NCBI GenBank assembly: GCA_951406725.2
Contig: OX597816.1
Coordinates: 22,320,001-22,384,000, forward strand
DNA: 64,000 bases
Source of the DNA: Octopus vulgaris
Taxonomy: Eukaryota
Direction of reading: 5' to 3'
Shown here: piece by piece, positions 49,465 to 62,554 of the stretch
How the letters are laid out: each line of letters opens with the position of its first letter
Position numbering within the stretch: position 1 is the first letter of the stretch
Translations under genes and position numbers: made by a program
The notes under the pieces: model-generated
What the model was told of the DNA's origin: nothing
The model's input: the letters and a program-made list of their open reading frames with translations, nothing else
Database searches by the model: none

Positions 49465-51349
49465 TATAAAGGCACTCGTATGTGTTCATATGTGCGTGTG
49501 TATATACACGACTTTGTTATTTTTGTGTGTATATATGAACGTGTTTCTCTAAATAATATTTTCTATCAATATTTTGCCAGACAAAATGGCTGGTTAGTCT
49601 GAACATCCGGATTTGCAATATATAAATTGAAGTGCTATACGTCTTTTTTATGTATTTATTTTACTTTTCTACTTTGCGGTGGGTTTGTTATGCACACAAA
49701 CCAGTCAATTCGCAAATTAGCTCACTCTTTTTTTAGATAGATCACTAATCTTCTATTATTACTATTATCGAACAATATTCCTACTTGAAAGCTCACGAAA
49801 TTTGTAGTACCACTTAGCGAAGTGTCCTGTTTTTTGTTGCTTTTATAATTCTGTTTTGTTTTCATATGCGTTTCCTTGGAATCCGACGAACTGTTGAGAA
49901 ATATCAGTCGTAAACTTGTCAGCGACAACAGCTACGATAAAAACTGGAAAACAATCATATTCAACAGCTACTGAACTAGATGCAAGAAGGGAAATGGCAG
50001 CATTAACGTCCTGATACAAATCAAACCGCAGATAACGTCCAACACTTGTAAATGATAGACGTACCGTCAAACATCTCAGTCTATTCTACGGCTACTTGTG
50101 TCGCTTCATCTCCTTGGGGTTAACTAATCTCGTGACTCAACCATTTGTGCATTCTCGACTCTCTAATATTTCCTTTTCTTGTTATCAACCGCTAAGCGCA
50201 ATACTAAACATTATCCAAGTATCTTCATCCAAGAAACACTGTTCGTTTTTAATTCATTCCCTGTCCAACTTTCTCTACAATTCTCAATTGTCCAGGTTTA
50301 TACGTTCAATTATCCCTTCCTATGCAGGAACAGGAAAAGACTCAATAATTAAACAAAATTGCGTGAAAATCTATGATGTCGAGGAGATATAAAACCGAAG
50401 TAAAATTACATTTTATGTTATAAGTTACCTATATGTGTGCGTGTGTGGGCATGTGTGTTTATGCGTGTATGTACGTATGTATGTCAGTCGTTCTTAGCGG
50501 CAGTGATAACATGTAACTCAGGCCAGTCTGCGCCATGGTCGTGTCTACAGGGACTAAACCGGCAAAAATCACCGAACTTACTTGATGAGGAAGTGCATTT
50601 TGGACGTCCTGCTGTACGAGAAACAAAACCTGTTGAAGGGATGAGAATCTCATGAGAGTCACCAGATATTAAAAATGTTTATCTTTGTTAATATCAATAG
50701 TATGGGTGCGTATGTCCAATAGGACTTGTGTCGCAGGAAAAGTCTCCTTGAGTATATTTGAGACAACATTCCCCAAAAAGCAAATTTGGGAGCAGTCTAC
50801 TTAACTGTGTAGTACACCTTCCTTTGTTCTGCAAAATCTGCAGAATTATGGTCATTTAAGGCACCTAAACTTGATTTGCGACCTGGTTAGGAACTGACAT
50901 ATGGTGCACCATTCACTACTACGCGCAATGCTTTCTAGGTGGAGAGAGTGCGTTTTGTGAAGTAGAAGTAAAACCCATTATAATCCAAACCTTTAGTGCA
51001 TGTCGTTCAGTAACATAAAAACAAAAATTGAAAGGGAAAGAGAAAGCGATGAAGTGATAATGACGGAGACTGGTGGCAAATACCACCAGGGTTCTCCAGC
51101 TGGAGATTTGCACATATGGTGGCAAAAAGTAGATGGCTATTCTGTGAAAAAATTGTAAGCAATTTAATATTTCAAATCATCTTCATAAACTACAAAGCAG
51201 CATTTTTAAGATGACGATGCTTTCCCTTGTATGAAATGGGATCTAGAAATGTTCTAAAATCGATTGCTCAATCTTACTATAAATGACTGGATGTTCAACT
51301 GTGCTATAAAAAAAGAAAATACACGGAAGGAAACAAAATTTTAAAATAT

Positions 51350-52600
51350 CAAATATTTCTCTAGCAGCATAGAATATACGTATATTTCAAACCATAAGAA
51401 ACATCCGGAATGATAAACAGAGCCTATTGCTCATGGTTCTAAACGCCAAAAATATCGATATTACATCACTCTCAAATAGATGTAGGAAATGTAGGAATTA
51501 GCTGGTTGTTATAAATTTATCTGGATTGGTAAATCTGAGACAGAGATAAGGGTACAAGGCGTAGGGTTTGAAATCGCGAATGAACAAACTTGACTCTTGT
51601 AATGACCAGTTTATGAAACATATGATTCCAGTTAGCTCTCACAGATACGTTACATTTACAAGGGTACTAGCAGCATAGCCCGGCGTTGCCCGGGTATGTA
51701 AGAGCCCCTAGTAGGCAACGACTAATCCCAATTTAGTCCTTTCCCTCAAGGGAACGAAGGCGCATGTTTAGGTTGCAATGTCTTCTCTTCACTCGAATAC
51801 TTCTGTGTATACAATGTTCCTAGCTGTCCCTTTGGGCGAAAACATGAAAACATCATTGTGCCTCCCAACGCGTGAACAGCCCACGTACAGCCCAGAAAAT
51901 GTGTTGCATATAAAAAGCTTAGATTCTCAACCCCATGTCGAATTTATCGATTCTTTCAGAAATGGGGGTACTTTTCAAAATTTTCGCTGCGTTAGTTTTG
52001 AATTATGACATTGGACTATGTGTGTGTCAAGTTCCATCAGAATTGGTTGAAAGCCGTGGTCAGGGTGAGGGTACAACCTGACAGACACACAGACAGACAG
52101 ACAAACTGGCGTTTATATAGAGAGAGATATGCTCAAAGATGAAATTCTACAGACACATCCAAGAATATGTTTAATTCTGATTTGAAGGAATTACTGAACA
52201 GCGATCTATGCAATGACAAGATCGTTCTAATGGAAGGCTTTAATCCTCATGTAGGCTGAGCCTGAAAATGTATTGCTATGACATTACTAGCAGACATAAA
52301 ATTAATAAAATAAAATCAGATAGGTTCTTGGTCCTTTCCTTTTGCAATGCATTTGAACTGTTGTATACAATATGCTCTATAAACCATCAATTAGATATAA
52401 ATATTAAAAAAAACACTTGGAGTCTTCTTAGGTACCAGTATAGCATAAAATCGATTATGACATTGTGCGAAGCTGTTATGAGACTGTCGTAATTATAACA
52501 CGATCATTTTCAAATAACAGAGTGTTGCTCTTATAATGCTTTCATATTTTGTAATATTAATTTTAAAACATAACCGGAAACAATTTCCAACGTAGTTAGA
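51350..52600 (+). mobile_element. Degenerate RTE-clade LINE apurinic endonuclease domain, split by a Helitron
   Basis: WIGKSETEIRVQGVGFEI, VTFTRV|YA, DKIVLMEGFNPHVG, KSDRFLVLSFCNAFEL. Confidence 0.8.
51667..52127 (-). mobile_element. Non-autonomous Helitron
   Basis: Minus strand starts TC, followed by (GTCT)n. It ends with hairpin CCCGGGCAACGCCGGG, a short spacer and CTAG. Inserted between A and T with no TSD. Confidence 0.92.
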
Positions 52601-53173
52601 TATTCCAAAGCTCAAAACCGGCACAGCCAAAACCATATCCTCCCTTTCTCACATTATGGAAAGCTGCAGGCTTGCCAATATGAAAGAAAATGTAAGAAAA
52701 TCACGGTGTCACTTAAGAGGCATCTTGACTGGTTCTTGGATTTTGTCACCGAAAACATCAAGACTGGTTTGTGGAAAATGATTGAGCTATTGATATAGAG
52801 CTGCAGATATATGATTATATATGAATGAAAGAATATATATATATATACATATATATGATTATCCACATCTTAATATTAGATCGATATTTAAACATTTCGG
52901 ATATATTTATATATATTAGCAATATATGTTTTGCAATATCCTAAAGCTCAAGCAAAGCAGGATTGCATAGCCCCTTCAGTAACACGATATACGTGTTGAA
53001 TATTTCGTGGTGCGTCTCAATGTTATTATTGGGATTTACGAAATGAACTATAACAATGAATTTCTACTCTGTTGCAAATATTTTCAAAACATGCAATTGA
53101 AATCGTGCCATAATATTAATACAGAAACAACGCCGGTGACAGAATATCTAGCCGAACTACAGACAAAGCTTCT

Positions 53174-53788
53174 GAATCATTTCCTTTTGACCTACAGATT
53201 TAAAAAAATAATTTTTTGTTACTAAACATTTTCAAACTTCGGACACAGGTAGAATGTGTCATATAAAACATCTTTTACTCTTAGCATTTTTGAGAAAAAC
53301 TTATATTTACGAAGTAATTTCAGGTCAAAGCAAAGTCGTCCTATTTCGGTAATTTCAACCAATCAATGACGTGTATTCAGTTGAATAAAGTTACTGCTGT
53401 TGTTTGTCAAAAAGAACTTCCAGCGGTGTATATTTCGTTTGTCACTGTTATTTATGACATCGTTCGTGAGTTTGTACTGGTTTTGTGGCTAGGGTTTTAG
53501 GGTTAGGGTTTTAGGGTTGTCATAAATAATAGTGACAAACGAAATATACACCACCGGAAATTCTTTTGACAAACAACAACAGTAATTTTATTCAGCTGAA
53601 TACACGTCATTGATTGGTTATAATTACCGAAATAGGATAACTTTAACGTGAAATAACTTCGTAAATATAAGTTTTTCTCAAAAATGCTAAGAGTAAAAGA
53701 TATTTTATATGACACATTCTACCAGTGTCCGAAGTTTGAAAGTATTTAGCTACAAAAAATTATTTTTTAAATCTGTCGGTAAAAATCC
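53174..53788. mobile_element. Fold-back MITE, same family as 47998-48604
   Basis: Long TIRs and central TAGGGTTTTAGGGTTAGGGTTTTAGGG. Degenerate 8-bp flanks AAGCTTCT/AAGTTTGT. Confidence 0.92.
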
Positions 53789-53940
53789 AAGTTTGTTATT
53801 AACATAAATACAAAAGACGTTACTGCTACATCTCTACCTTATCCATAACGCCAGACACCCTTCAATTACGACATTGCAACGACATAATAATACTAGGTTT
53901 ATCATTCAGCTCAACACAACATACCTGCAATATTGTTTAA

Positions 53941-54161
53941 TTCTTTATTGGCCACGAGGGGCTAAACATAGATGGGACAAACAATGACTGACAAAGGGAC
54001 TAAGTCTATTATATCGACCCAGTGCGTAACTGGTACTTATTTAATCGAGCCCGAAAGGATGAAAGGCAAAATCGACCACGGCGGAATTTGAACTCAGAAC
54101 GTGGTGGCGGACGAAATACCGTTAAGCATTTTGCCTGGCGTGATTCTGCCAGATCGCCGCC
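53941..54161 (-). mobile_element. SINE family B
   Basis: Reverse-complement similarity to the 39679 copy. Confidence 0.88.
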
Positions 54162-54442
54162 CTATACCTGCAATATTATTCATAGTCTAATCGTGTATAA
54201 TTTGTCGGTGAACCAACAAATTATACACGAAAAGAATCAGACGTATCTGTCTCGATCTGGTTTCATATCCAGAACAAATCAAACACTGCACACAGTGAGA
54301 GCTTTATGACGACACTAGAGTATATTATCACACTTTTGTAAAATATGTTCCAAATAATTTAATGAATATCCCACAAAAGCAGAGAGGATAGTGGTTGGAA
54401 AACCACATACATGCATATACGAGTCATGGAGCGAGCGAATAC

Positions 54443-55182
54443 CTGTCTGTCTGTCTGCCTGCCTGCCTGCCTGCACCGGACTGTGTCTGCCTGCCTGCCT
54501 GTCTGTGCCGGACTGCCGGTCTGTCTGCCTGTCTGTCTGTCTGTCTCTGTGTCTGTGCCTGTCTGTCTGTCAGTGTGTCTGTGCGTGTCTGTGCCTGTCT
54601 GCGTGTCTGTGCCTGTCTGCGTGTCTGTGCCTGTCTGCGTGCCTGTGCCTGTCTGCATGCCTGTGCCTGTCTGCGTGTGCGTGTCTGTGCCTGTCTGTGC
54701 CTGTCTGCGTGTCTGTGCCTGCCTGTGTGCCTGTCTGCCTGCCTGTGCCTGTCTGCGCCTGTCTGCGTGTCTGTGCCTGTCTGTGTGTCTGTGCCTGTGT
54801 CTGTCTGCGTGTCTGTGCCTGTGTCTGTCTGCGTGTCTGTGCCTGTGTCTGTCTGCGTGTCTGTGCCTGTGTCTGTCTGCGTGTCTGTGCCTGTGTCTGT
54901 CTGCGTGTCTGTGCCTGTGTCTGTCTGTCTGCGTGTCTGTGCCTGCGTGTGTCTGTCTGCGTGTCTGTGCCTGTCTGTCTGCGTGTCTGTGCCTGTCTGT
55001 CTGTCTGCGTGTCTGTGCCTGTCTGTCTGTGTCTGTCTACGTGTCTGTGCCTGTCTGTCTGCGTGTCTGTGCCTGTCTGTCTGCGTGTCTGTGCCTGTGT
55101 CTGTGTCTGCGTGTCTGTGCCTGTGTCTGTATGTCTGCGTGTCTGTGCCTGTGTCTGTCTGCGCCGGCCTGTCTGTCTGTGC
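54443..55182. repeat. Compound micro/minisatellite built from GTCT/GCCT/GCGT (14-22-bp higher-order units)
   Basis: Repeats such as GCGTGTCTGTGCCTGTCT and GCGTGTCTGTGCCTGTGTCTGTCT. Almost A-free on the plus strand, which explains the long stop-free frames. Confidence 0.95.
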
Positions 55183-56090
55183 TTGCATTAGTGTGTGTAT
55201 GTGCATGATGTGCGTCCCAGTTTATAAACAAAATACGAATTTAGCATCAGATTCGCGGTTTAGAGGTCAATACATTCATTTGAATCCGTATTTTGACAGA
55301 ATTCTCAGTTTAAATAAATTTGGAAGTTTACATACTTTTCTATGTATCTGTTTGTCTCTACATGTGTTTAAATGTAAACATCTTCATAAAACACGCAATC
55401 TTAGACGAAATCTATTTATTGCCAATTTTAGAATAGTAAAAAAAGAAAAATCAAGTTCCACATATTTTCACCTGCTGTAAAGTTAGATGAAACACAAAGT
55501 GTGATTTGAAGAAGTAAGTTAACACAGAATAAATACAATAAATTTCATCTCTACTTATAGAATTATCACAAAGTATTAAACTAATTATAAGCTACAATCT
55601 TCAACTCCCTTCAACACTTTGTAATTTATTTAGAGCATTATCAAACATATATCAATATATTGTTGTACATTGAGATTACAGTTGTTTACTGACTTTTCTG
55701 TATTTTCATTGGCAGTGTATTATCAAGCATGGAATTATTATTTGATGTTAAGAAAGTATATATATGATAGATGTGATACATTGTATTTATTTCATTTATA
55801 TCAAGCAACACGTGTTCCTTTGTTTCCGTATTTTTTCAAACAACTTATCTTCTTGTTTGAAATTTTCTACACGAACTCAGTGTAATCTACGACACGTGCT
55901 AGCAAGTCCTATAGTAGAAATTTTATTTAATTCGGCGAGTAATTTAAATTTATCACGGCTATTTTGATTTTGAGTTTAATCAAAATCAAAGGAAGTTATT
56001 ATAACAACTTTGAAAACAAAAATGTAAAATTATTTTTCGTCTTGGGATTTGGTTTGCAAGATTCTTTATATGAGTTCGTGTGTTGAAGCG

Positions 56091-56283
56091 TATTCTGTTG
56101 TGTCTGGGGAGAGTCATTTCCTTTTTGTGCCTTATAATGAGAGTCATGTCTATTGACAAGGTTGCAAGACGCAAAGAAAATTTTAGGAAAATAAAAATAA
56201 GAAATAATGGAAATTTTACCGGTGTGTGTGTTAAATTAGAAGGAACAAAAAGAAAATGACTCTCCTCAGACACAACAGAGTAT
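56091..56283. repeat. ~43-bp inverted repeat pair
   Basis: TATTCTGTTGTGTCTGGGGAGAGTCATTTCCTTTTTGTGCCTT (56091-56133) versus AAGGAACAAAAAGAAAATGACTCTCCTCAGACACAACAGAGTA (56240-56282). Confidence 0.85.
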
Positions 56284-56553
56284 AATTATTTATTTAATAC
56301 GTTACGGTACTGAGCCTTGAAATGAGCCATATATTTACACTTTATACTTAGAATTTTATCCATATTTATGAGTAGTTTACCAACTAATAATCAGACACAT
56401 TCATGATAAACATATCAGGAATTATGCAATACCAGTACGATAATGCTGCTTAAAAAGTAGCCGAAAAATGTAAATTATTTTAAAAGAATTCAATTATTAA
56501 AGTCTCCATGGCTTAGAAAATCCTCTAAAATTGAAATTTTAAAATAAGTTTGG

Positions 56554-56955
56554 GGATCTTTTCGGTTTGAACGGCAGTTTTTTCTTGCGGTGTCATATGA
56601 AATTGTCACCCATAATTATGACCCTATTATCGATCTATTGCATTTCAATCTGTTTTAGGGTTAGAGGGAAGGGTATCTTATTTTCTTCACAAATGTATAT
56701 AAACCCAATCTGTTTCTTAAACGAGGGACATATTCATACGGCACAATGTTTTTTTTACCTCAATAGATGTCAGTGATTGGTTGAAATTGCAGAAATTGAA
56801 GAAAAACAACAAATATCTTAAACACTATAGAATTTTCTCAATAAAGCCAAGAGAAAAAGATGTTTTATAAACACATTCTACCAGTATATGAAATTTAAAA
56901 TTTGTTACTTACCTAGTAATTATGTTAAAAACTGCCGTTCAAACCGAAAAGATCC
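56554..56955. mobile_element. MITE with perfect TIRs and 8-bp TSD
   Basis: GGATCTTTTCGGTTTGAACGGCAGTTTTT...AAAAACTGCCGTTCAAACCGAAAAGATCC, flanked by AAGTTTGG on both sides (56546-56553, 56956-56963). Confidence 0.95.
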
Positions 56956-57730
56956 AAGTTTGGTCTCTAAATGTTATTTTTTTCTTTTTCAGATAAACGA
57001 TTAATTTTAATTGATCGTAGGCAGTTTTGAAAAAACTTAAATGCGAGATGATATCGTTTAATATATCTGTCTCTTTTCCTCTTTTTCCAGCTCTGTCTAT
57101 ATATTTTTGATAGTTAATTCCTTTGTTATAACCTCCACTGTTTATGTGTTCGTAGATCATAATACACAGGAATACGAAAATGAAAAAAAAAAAAAAAAAC
57201 AGCTCATTTCCTATCTTTGTATAATTCTAGTTGTGTATTTATATAACGTTGTTTATCCTAAAATGTACAACATATCAACGGAAAACAAATAATTTATACG
57301 ATCACATGTGTTGGAAGCAGCAATGTTTTGTCTTTTTTAAATAGTTTTTTTCCTAGCATATCCCCCTTACATTTATATAATGCATTTAAGAACAAACACC
57401 AAACATTCTGAGTTTGCATATATTTTTGAACAAAAATTATTTTTTGAATAAACTAGCGTTGGAAATATATGCTATACAAGACAAAATATTTTTATACACA
57501 TAGTTAAAATGCAAACTAAATATATTTATATACAAAACAAAATATACGCATAAACAATTATTAGACAAAAATGTATAATCTTTAAATGCAACATTTTCAA
57601 CTTTAACAAATAAAGTGCACGCTCAAAAGTAATTCTCTATAATTCTCATACGCGTAACTAATACACACACGGGTGAAGGCTTTCCGTGTTTAAACATACA
57701 CACACACACATCCGAAATCGTGGGCGCGTG

Positions 57731-57767
<37 letters not shown>

Positions 57768-58034
57768 GATGCAGTTAAATTTGATGCTGAGCGGGAGAAC
57801 ATTTTAGGGAATTGGGGAAGTACATGAAGGAGTATCGGAAACCATATAGGGTTGGATGATGAGAATTTTATCTTTACTCATCTCTTCTCCTTAATCTAAA
57901 TGAGATTTAAATTTTCAGGGATGAAAATTTTCAGGGATGTCATATGAATGAGGAGTGGAACAGGTTATCTAAAAATCCATATACTGGCATACTGGGTTTT
58001 TTTAAATCACGCGTGAATTTTATTCAAAAATTTG

Positions 58035-58225
58035 TATTTATCCCCACCACTGCTTGAAAACGGATATAGGTGTGTTTACGTCCCTGTAACGTAGCGATCC
58101 GACAAATGACACCGAGCGAAGAAGTACCAGGCTTAAATAAAAAAGAAAGTAGCACTGAGCTCGAATCATTTTCAAAATTCTTCAGATCAGTGCCCCAGGA
58201 TGGCCACAGTCAAACGACTTAAGCA
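58035..58225 (+). mobile_element. Degenerate SINE family A 3' half
   Basis: GGTGTGTTTACGTCCCTGTAACGTAGCG...ATGGCCACAGTCAAACGACT. Confidence 0.75.
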
Positions 58226-58365
58226 ATAATATCAAGGATAAACGAGATCTAACGTACGTTGATTGAATATACATTTTAATTAACCTGCAGGTAAATATTT
58301 CTTTAACTACGTTTCAACAGGTTGATTCTGTCGTTACCTTCGTTTTGCGCATATCTTTCCCGTAA

Positions 58366-58758
58366 AGCGACTAGCTGGCAGAATCGTTAGCACGCCGGGC
58401 GAAATGCGTAGCCGTATTTCGTCTGCCGTTACGTTCTGAGTTCAAATTACGCCGAGGTCGACTTTGCCTTTCATCCTTTCGGGGTAGATTAAATAAGTAC
58501 CAGTTACGCACTGGGGTCGATATAATCGACTTAATCTGTTAGTCTGTCCTTGTTTGTCCCCTCTGTGTGCAGACTCTTGTGGGCAGTAAAGAAATAGGTA
58601 TTTCGCCCGTCGCTACGTTCCGAGTTCAAATCCCGCCAGGGTCAAGTTTGCCTGTTTTTTGTCCATAAATTAAGTACCAGTTGAACACTGGAGTTGATGT
58701 AATCGACACATCCCCTCCACCAAAATGTCTGTCCTTGTGGCAAAATTTGAAACCATTA
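58366..58758 (+). mobile_element. SINE family B with duplicated body
   Basis: Same dimeric organisation as 39679-40090. Confidence 0.88.
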
Positions 58759-59149
58759 TCTTAAAGTTTCACTGGCTTCTAACATGAACCTAGTTCACTG
58801 CAGCACAGATAACAAAATGCAAACTCAGAGGAATTTCAATATAGCCTCTGGAAATTGGTCAATTTTGTTCCAATACTGCTGTTAGAAGTCAGATTGATTC
58901 TTCAGCTATGCGAGATGCATTATGGAAGAGAATTTCGTAAACTACGTAGATGGAGAGGAAGCTAGTGGCGTCTTGGGGTCTAGCGCGTGCTTGAAGGGGA
59001 ATATAACTGGCGAGTATGTGTGTTTGTATACTAGATGTATGAGGGCATGGATGCTGATGTTTCATGTCTATGCCTATGTATCATCTATGCATGTGTGTAG
59101 GAACTGCGTGTGTACGAGATGAGGGCATCAGCCTGTTTGTGCATGTGTG

Positions 59150-59950
59150 AGGCGAGTTGGATACAGATGATAATTTGGTGGCCACAATGTTATGGAGCGT
59201 GAGGAAACGCTTCTAGTTCAAGGACAGGAAGGTCGTACGTTGGTGAAAGCATGTCGCCTAAATGGAGGGTTGATCTAAATTATCTTACGCATTCTGTCCC
59301 TCTTCGAGTGTGGAGGTTGAGCTTGGTGTACTCAATATATGCTAACTTCTCAGGCAATTCACTCGTCATCAATGCCTCATGGTAGTGTGGAGGCGGCCTT
59401 GTTGAAGGTATCCCTGTCGGTTGAAAGCTTAGATATTATTTCATCAACGGCTAAAACTAAGTTTCTAATAACAACGGAGGCGAGTGATTTGAGTTCTTGT
59501 GGATGATCTCTGTTTCCGCATTGGTTTGCTATTGTAATGGTAGTACTTGACTATTTTTAGCGGAAGGATCACCGATAGTATGTCCATCGCGGTCAACCCG
59601 GTGGTAACTGTTATGGAAAAGTTAAAGTGTTTGAATATATTTATCAGGTAATTCCAAACTTGTCCAAGGTGTGTGCGTTCATAATGTCTAGAGGTTGCCA
59701 GGCCACCATCCTAGTAAAGGACCCTACTCGCGTAGTGGTGTATATTTCTTCAGAGTATCCAAGTTAAATAACCCGACAAGGTCAGCAACCTCAGCTTCAT
59801 AGACACGTAGAGCAGTGGATCGCCTTATTTCTTCACCCAAGAGGAATCGTTGCCAACCAGGATTGAATTTTTGCGGTTCATGATGTTTCTGATATCAAGA
59901 TTACTTATAATAGAGAACCTCCTTGCTAAATTCAAAAGCCTCGATATAGA
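59150..59950 (-). mobile_element. Penelope-like element reverse transcriptase fragment (pseudogenised)
   Basis: Minus strand: SILVGNDSSWVKK, YEAEVADLVGLF, frameshifted YRDDGL-like motif, IFKHFNFSITVTTGL, IHKNSNH, IISKLSTDRDTFNKAA, RMRKII*INPPF. Confidence 0.85.
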
Positions 59951-59953
59951 AGT

Positions 59954-60190
59954 TTAGTTAGTTAGTTAGTTAGTTAGTTAATTTGGCTCAAAAGCAAATA
60001 GCAAGGCCATGTAGGGGGACATGGAGTTAAGTACAGGGTGGTGTTCATGTAAAGAGTTCAGGCCACTTGAGGCCCAGGGAGGCTTTGAACAAAGCGGTCG
60101 TCGGCATCTTCACCATCTCGTCTGGCAGCTTGTTCCACGGATCCGCAACCCGGACGGAGAATGCTCCTCTCCTTCGATTGAGATGGAGAA
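59954..60190 (-). mobile_element. CR1-like LINE 3' end with (ACTA)n tail
   Basis: LHLNRRRGAFSVRVADPWNKLPDEMVKMPTTALFKASLGLKWPELFT* (stop at 60045-60047), then a short 3' UTR and a (TAGT)n tail on the plus strand. Confidence 0.88.
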
Positions 60191-61796
60191 TTTTATTATC
60201 TGCAAGACTTGAACCCATAGTTTTCTTGGTAAATTTAATCTCGAGAAAAACGCTGACGGGATGCTAAGAGCAAAAATATAATTTTTCCTTGATTGTGTGG
60301 TAAAAAAACAGTGACCTAATTTTCAAAGCATGATTTCTTAAAAGTTGATATCTTCCAACAATACAGATGATGTATAGACATGAAAGAATTACCCATTTGT
60401 AAGTGAATTAATTTGAGTTGTAAGGAGTCTCATCTGTCTTCATAACAAAAAAGTTTCGGATTTATATACATACGTGTGTGTGTGTGTGCGTGTGTGTCTA
60501 GCTATGATAAAGACAATTTGACACGAATTGCAGTTTGGTTACTGCATACAAGATTTTGTAGAATACGATGATGGTTAGCTGGTCGAAACTTCGAAGTTTC
60601 TGTCAACTACATTTTTGTATAATAATCATAATGTATATTTACAGTGATGGTTTATGAACATTGTTCGAAGATTATGTCGCTAACACTTCTGAGAACTGCA
60701 TATATATGTTGTACAATGTCATTTCTGCCTATCAGTACATAACGAATGAAATACTGAAAAATGACTGCGTGATGAATTTTGTGATTTGTGCAGTGTATAT
60801 GTGTAATTTTATGATTCAATAAAATTTTGTGAACAATTTTGTCTACTTACTCTTACTAAATATTTTGCTGTTAACAGTAAGAGACCATGTTTTATAAGTT
60901 ATAAACATCGAAAATCCAGCAGAAATTGTATTAAAAATTCTGTACTTTGCTATATCTCAATGTATTGTATGATAATATTTATATCTCAGGAACATCATAA
61001 CATCATGTTCTAAATATTTGGAATAAACAAACACCACTTGTAACGTCTGAAACTGATAAGAAAGGCGCAAAATTTATTGTTATAAATCCTGCTATAAACA
61101 TTATGGAAGCAATGAAGAGAGTCTGATAGTATGATGCATAGAATCTTAATTTGTTTTTACCGTGTTCTACAATGTAAGACTTTGATCAGATTGAAGTCTA
61201 AAGTGACTAAACTCGTTGTTATAACAGATTATATATAGTATTTCACTACATTGTAAGAAAGAAAACCTACAAGCACATTCACATGTTTGACTACACATAC
61301 ACAAAACCACATTCTCGCACATATAGGCACAGATATTCAAACGGACACAAAGGAGCAGTCATACACACATGGAGATAATCTATATCACTGTTATAGTGAA
61401 GTAGAAAAGTGAGACATTTTGGCCACCGAATTCCCTTGTGGAATATTAATAAGTTTATCATTGTCTCTCTTTCTCTCTCTCTCTCACTTTCTCTATTTCA
61501 CTGTCTCTTCATATTTACCAATATCTCTGTATCTCTCTCTATCTCTCTTTCGCACTTTTTTGTTTTATTCTTTCGCTTTTGAATGTATTTAGTGTCTGGT
61601 AATTCATTGTAATTCTTCGCCAAAACTGAACCGAAAGTATAGAGGAAATACCGCATCACATATCACAAAAGAAAATCATTCGTTAATTGGAAATGCTAAT
61701 TTGGGACTTGTAATTATGTGTCTGTCTCTCTATCTCAGCTCCCATTTCTCTACATTCTGTTTATAGATAAGTGTGTGTGATGTATTTATATAAATA

Positions 61797-61835
<39 letters not shown>

Positions 61836-61994
61836 TTTATACATATACTTATACATATAATTATACATGTATACATTTATTTATATATACTTATACATAC
61901 ATTTATATATACATACACATGTATGTGCGTATATATGTATACACACGCATACACTAACATTTTTATAATTATATAATCTATATATATATAATAT

Positions 61995-62051
61995 TTATAT
62001 GTATATATATATAAAACTATGTGTATACACAAACACACACAGACACACACA

Positions 62052-62082
<31 letters not shown>

Positions 62083-62098
62083 CTATGTGTATACACAA

Positions 62099-62137
<39 letters not shown>

Positions 62138-62180
62138 AAACTATGTGTATACACAAACATACACACATATATATATAACT
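61995..62180. repeat. Higher-order microsatellite repeat x3 (~60-68-bp unit)
   Basis: (TA)n-AAAACTATGTGTATACACAAACA-(CA)n occurs three times. Confidence 0.9.
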
Positions 62181-62554
62181 ACAGACAGGTGTGTACACCT
62201 TACTTGGTCTTGGTGGTGGTGGTGGGTGTGTGTGTCTAGGAAATTGGCAGAATTATTAGTGGTTAATAGAATAACTCACGGTATTTGCTTCGATTGCTTA
62301 CTACGTGATTTCAAATCTCACCTAACATACCGCTGTCTTTCGTAGTTTCACTTTCGATATTAAATTACAAATTCAGTGTCGTTTTTGCAGAAACGTTACA
62401 GCATCTCGGCTGTTCTGTTTGCAATCATTTCTGACACGGTATTGTATATAAAGTTGTTTTGACTGTAATATAATTGAACATCATCAGAGGCGAGTCGAGA
62501 GGAAACATACAGGCATGAGAAAATGTAAGTCGTGAACGAAATAAAAATTACCTA

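Noticed and set aside
49860-50100. Unique-looking, possibly exonic sequence
   Set aside because: Plus-strand frames close quickly, there are no convincing splice pairs, and the short minus-strand ORFs have no recognisable motif.
54359-55480. Long ORFs of 260-361 aa in several frames
   Set aside because: Stop-free only because of the A-poor satellite; low-complexity translation on both strands.
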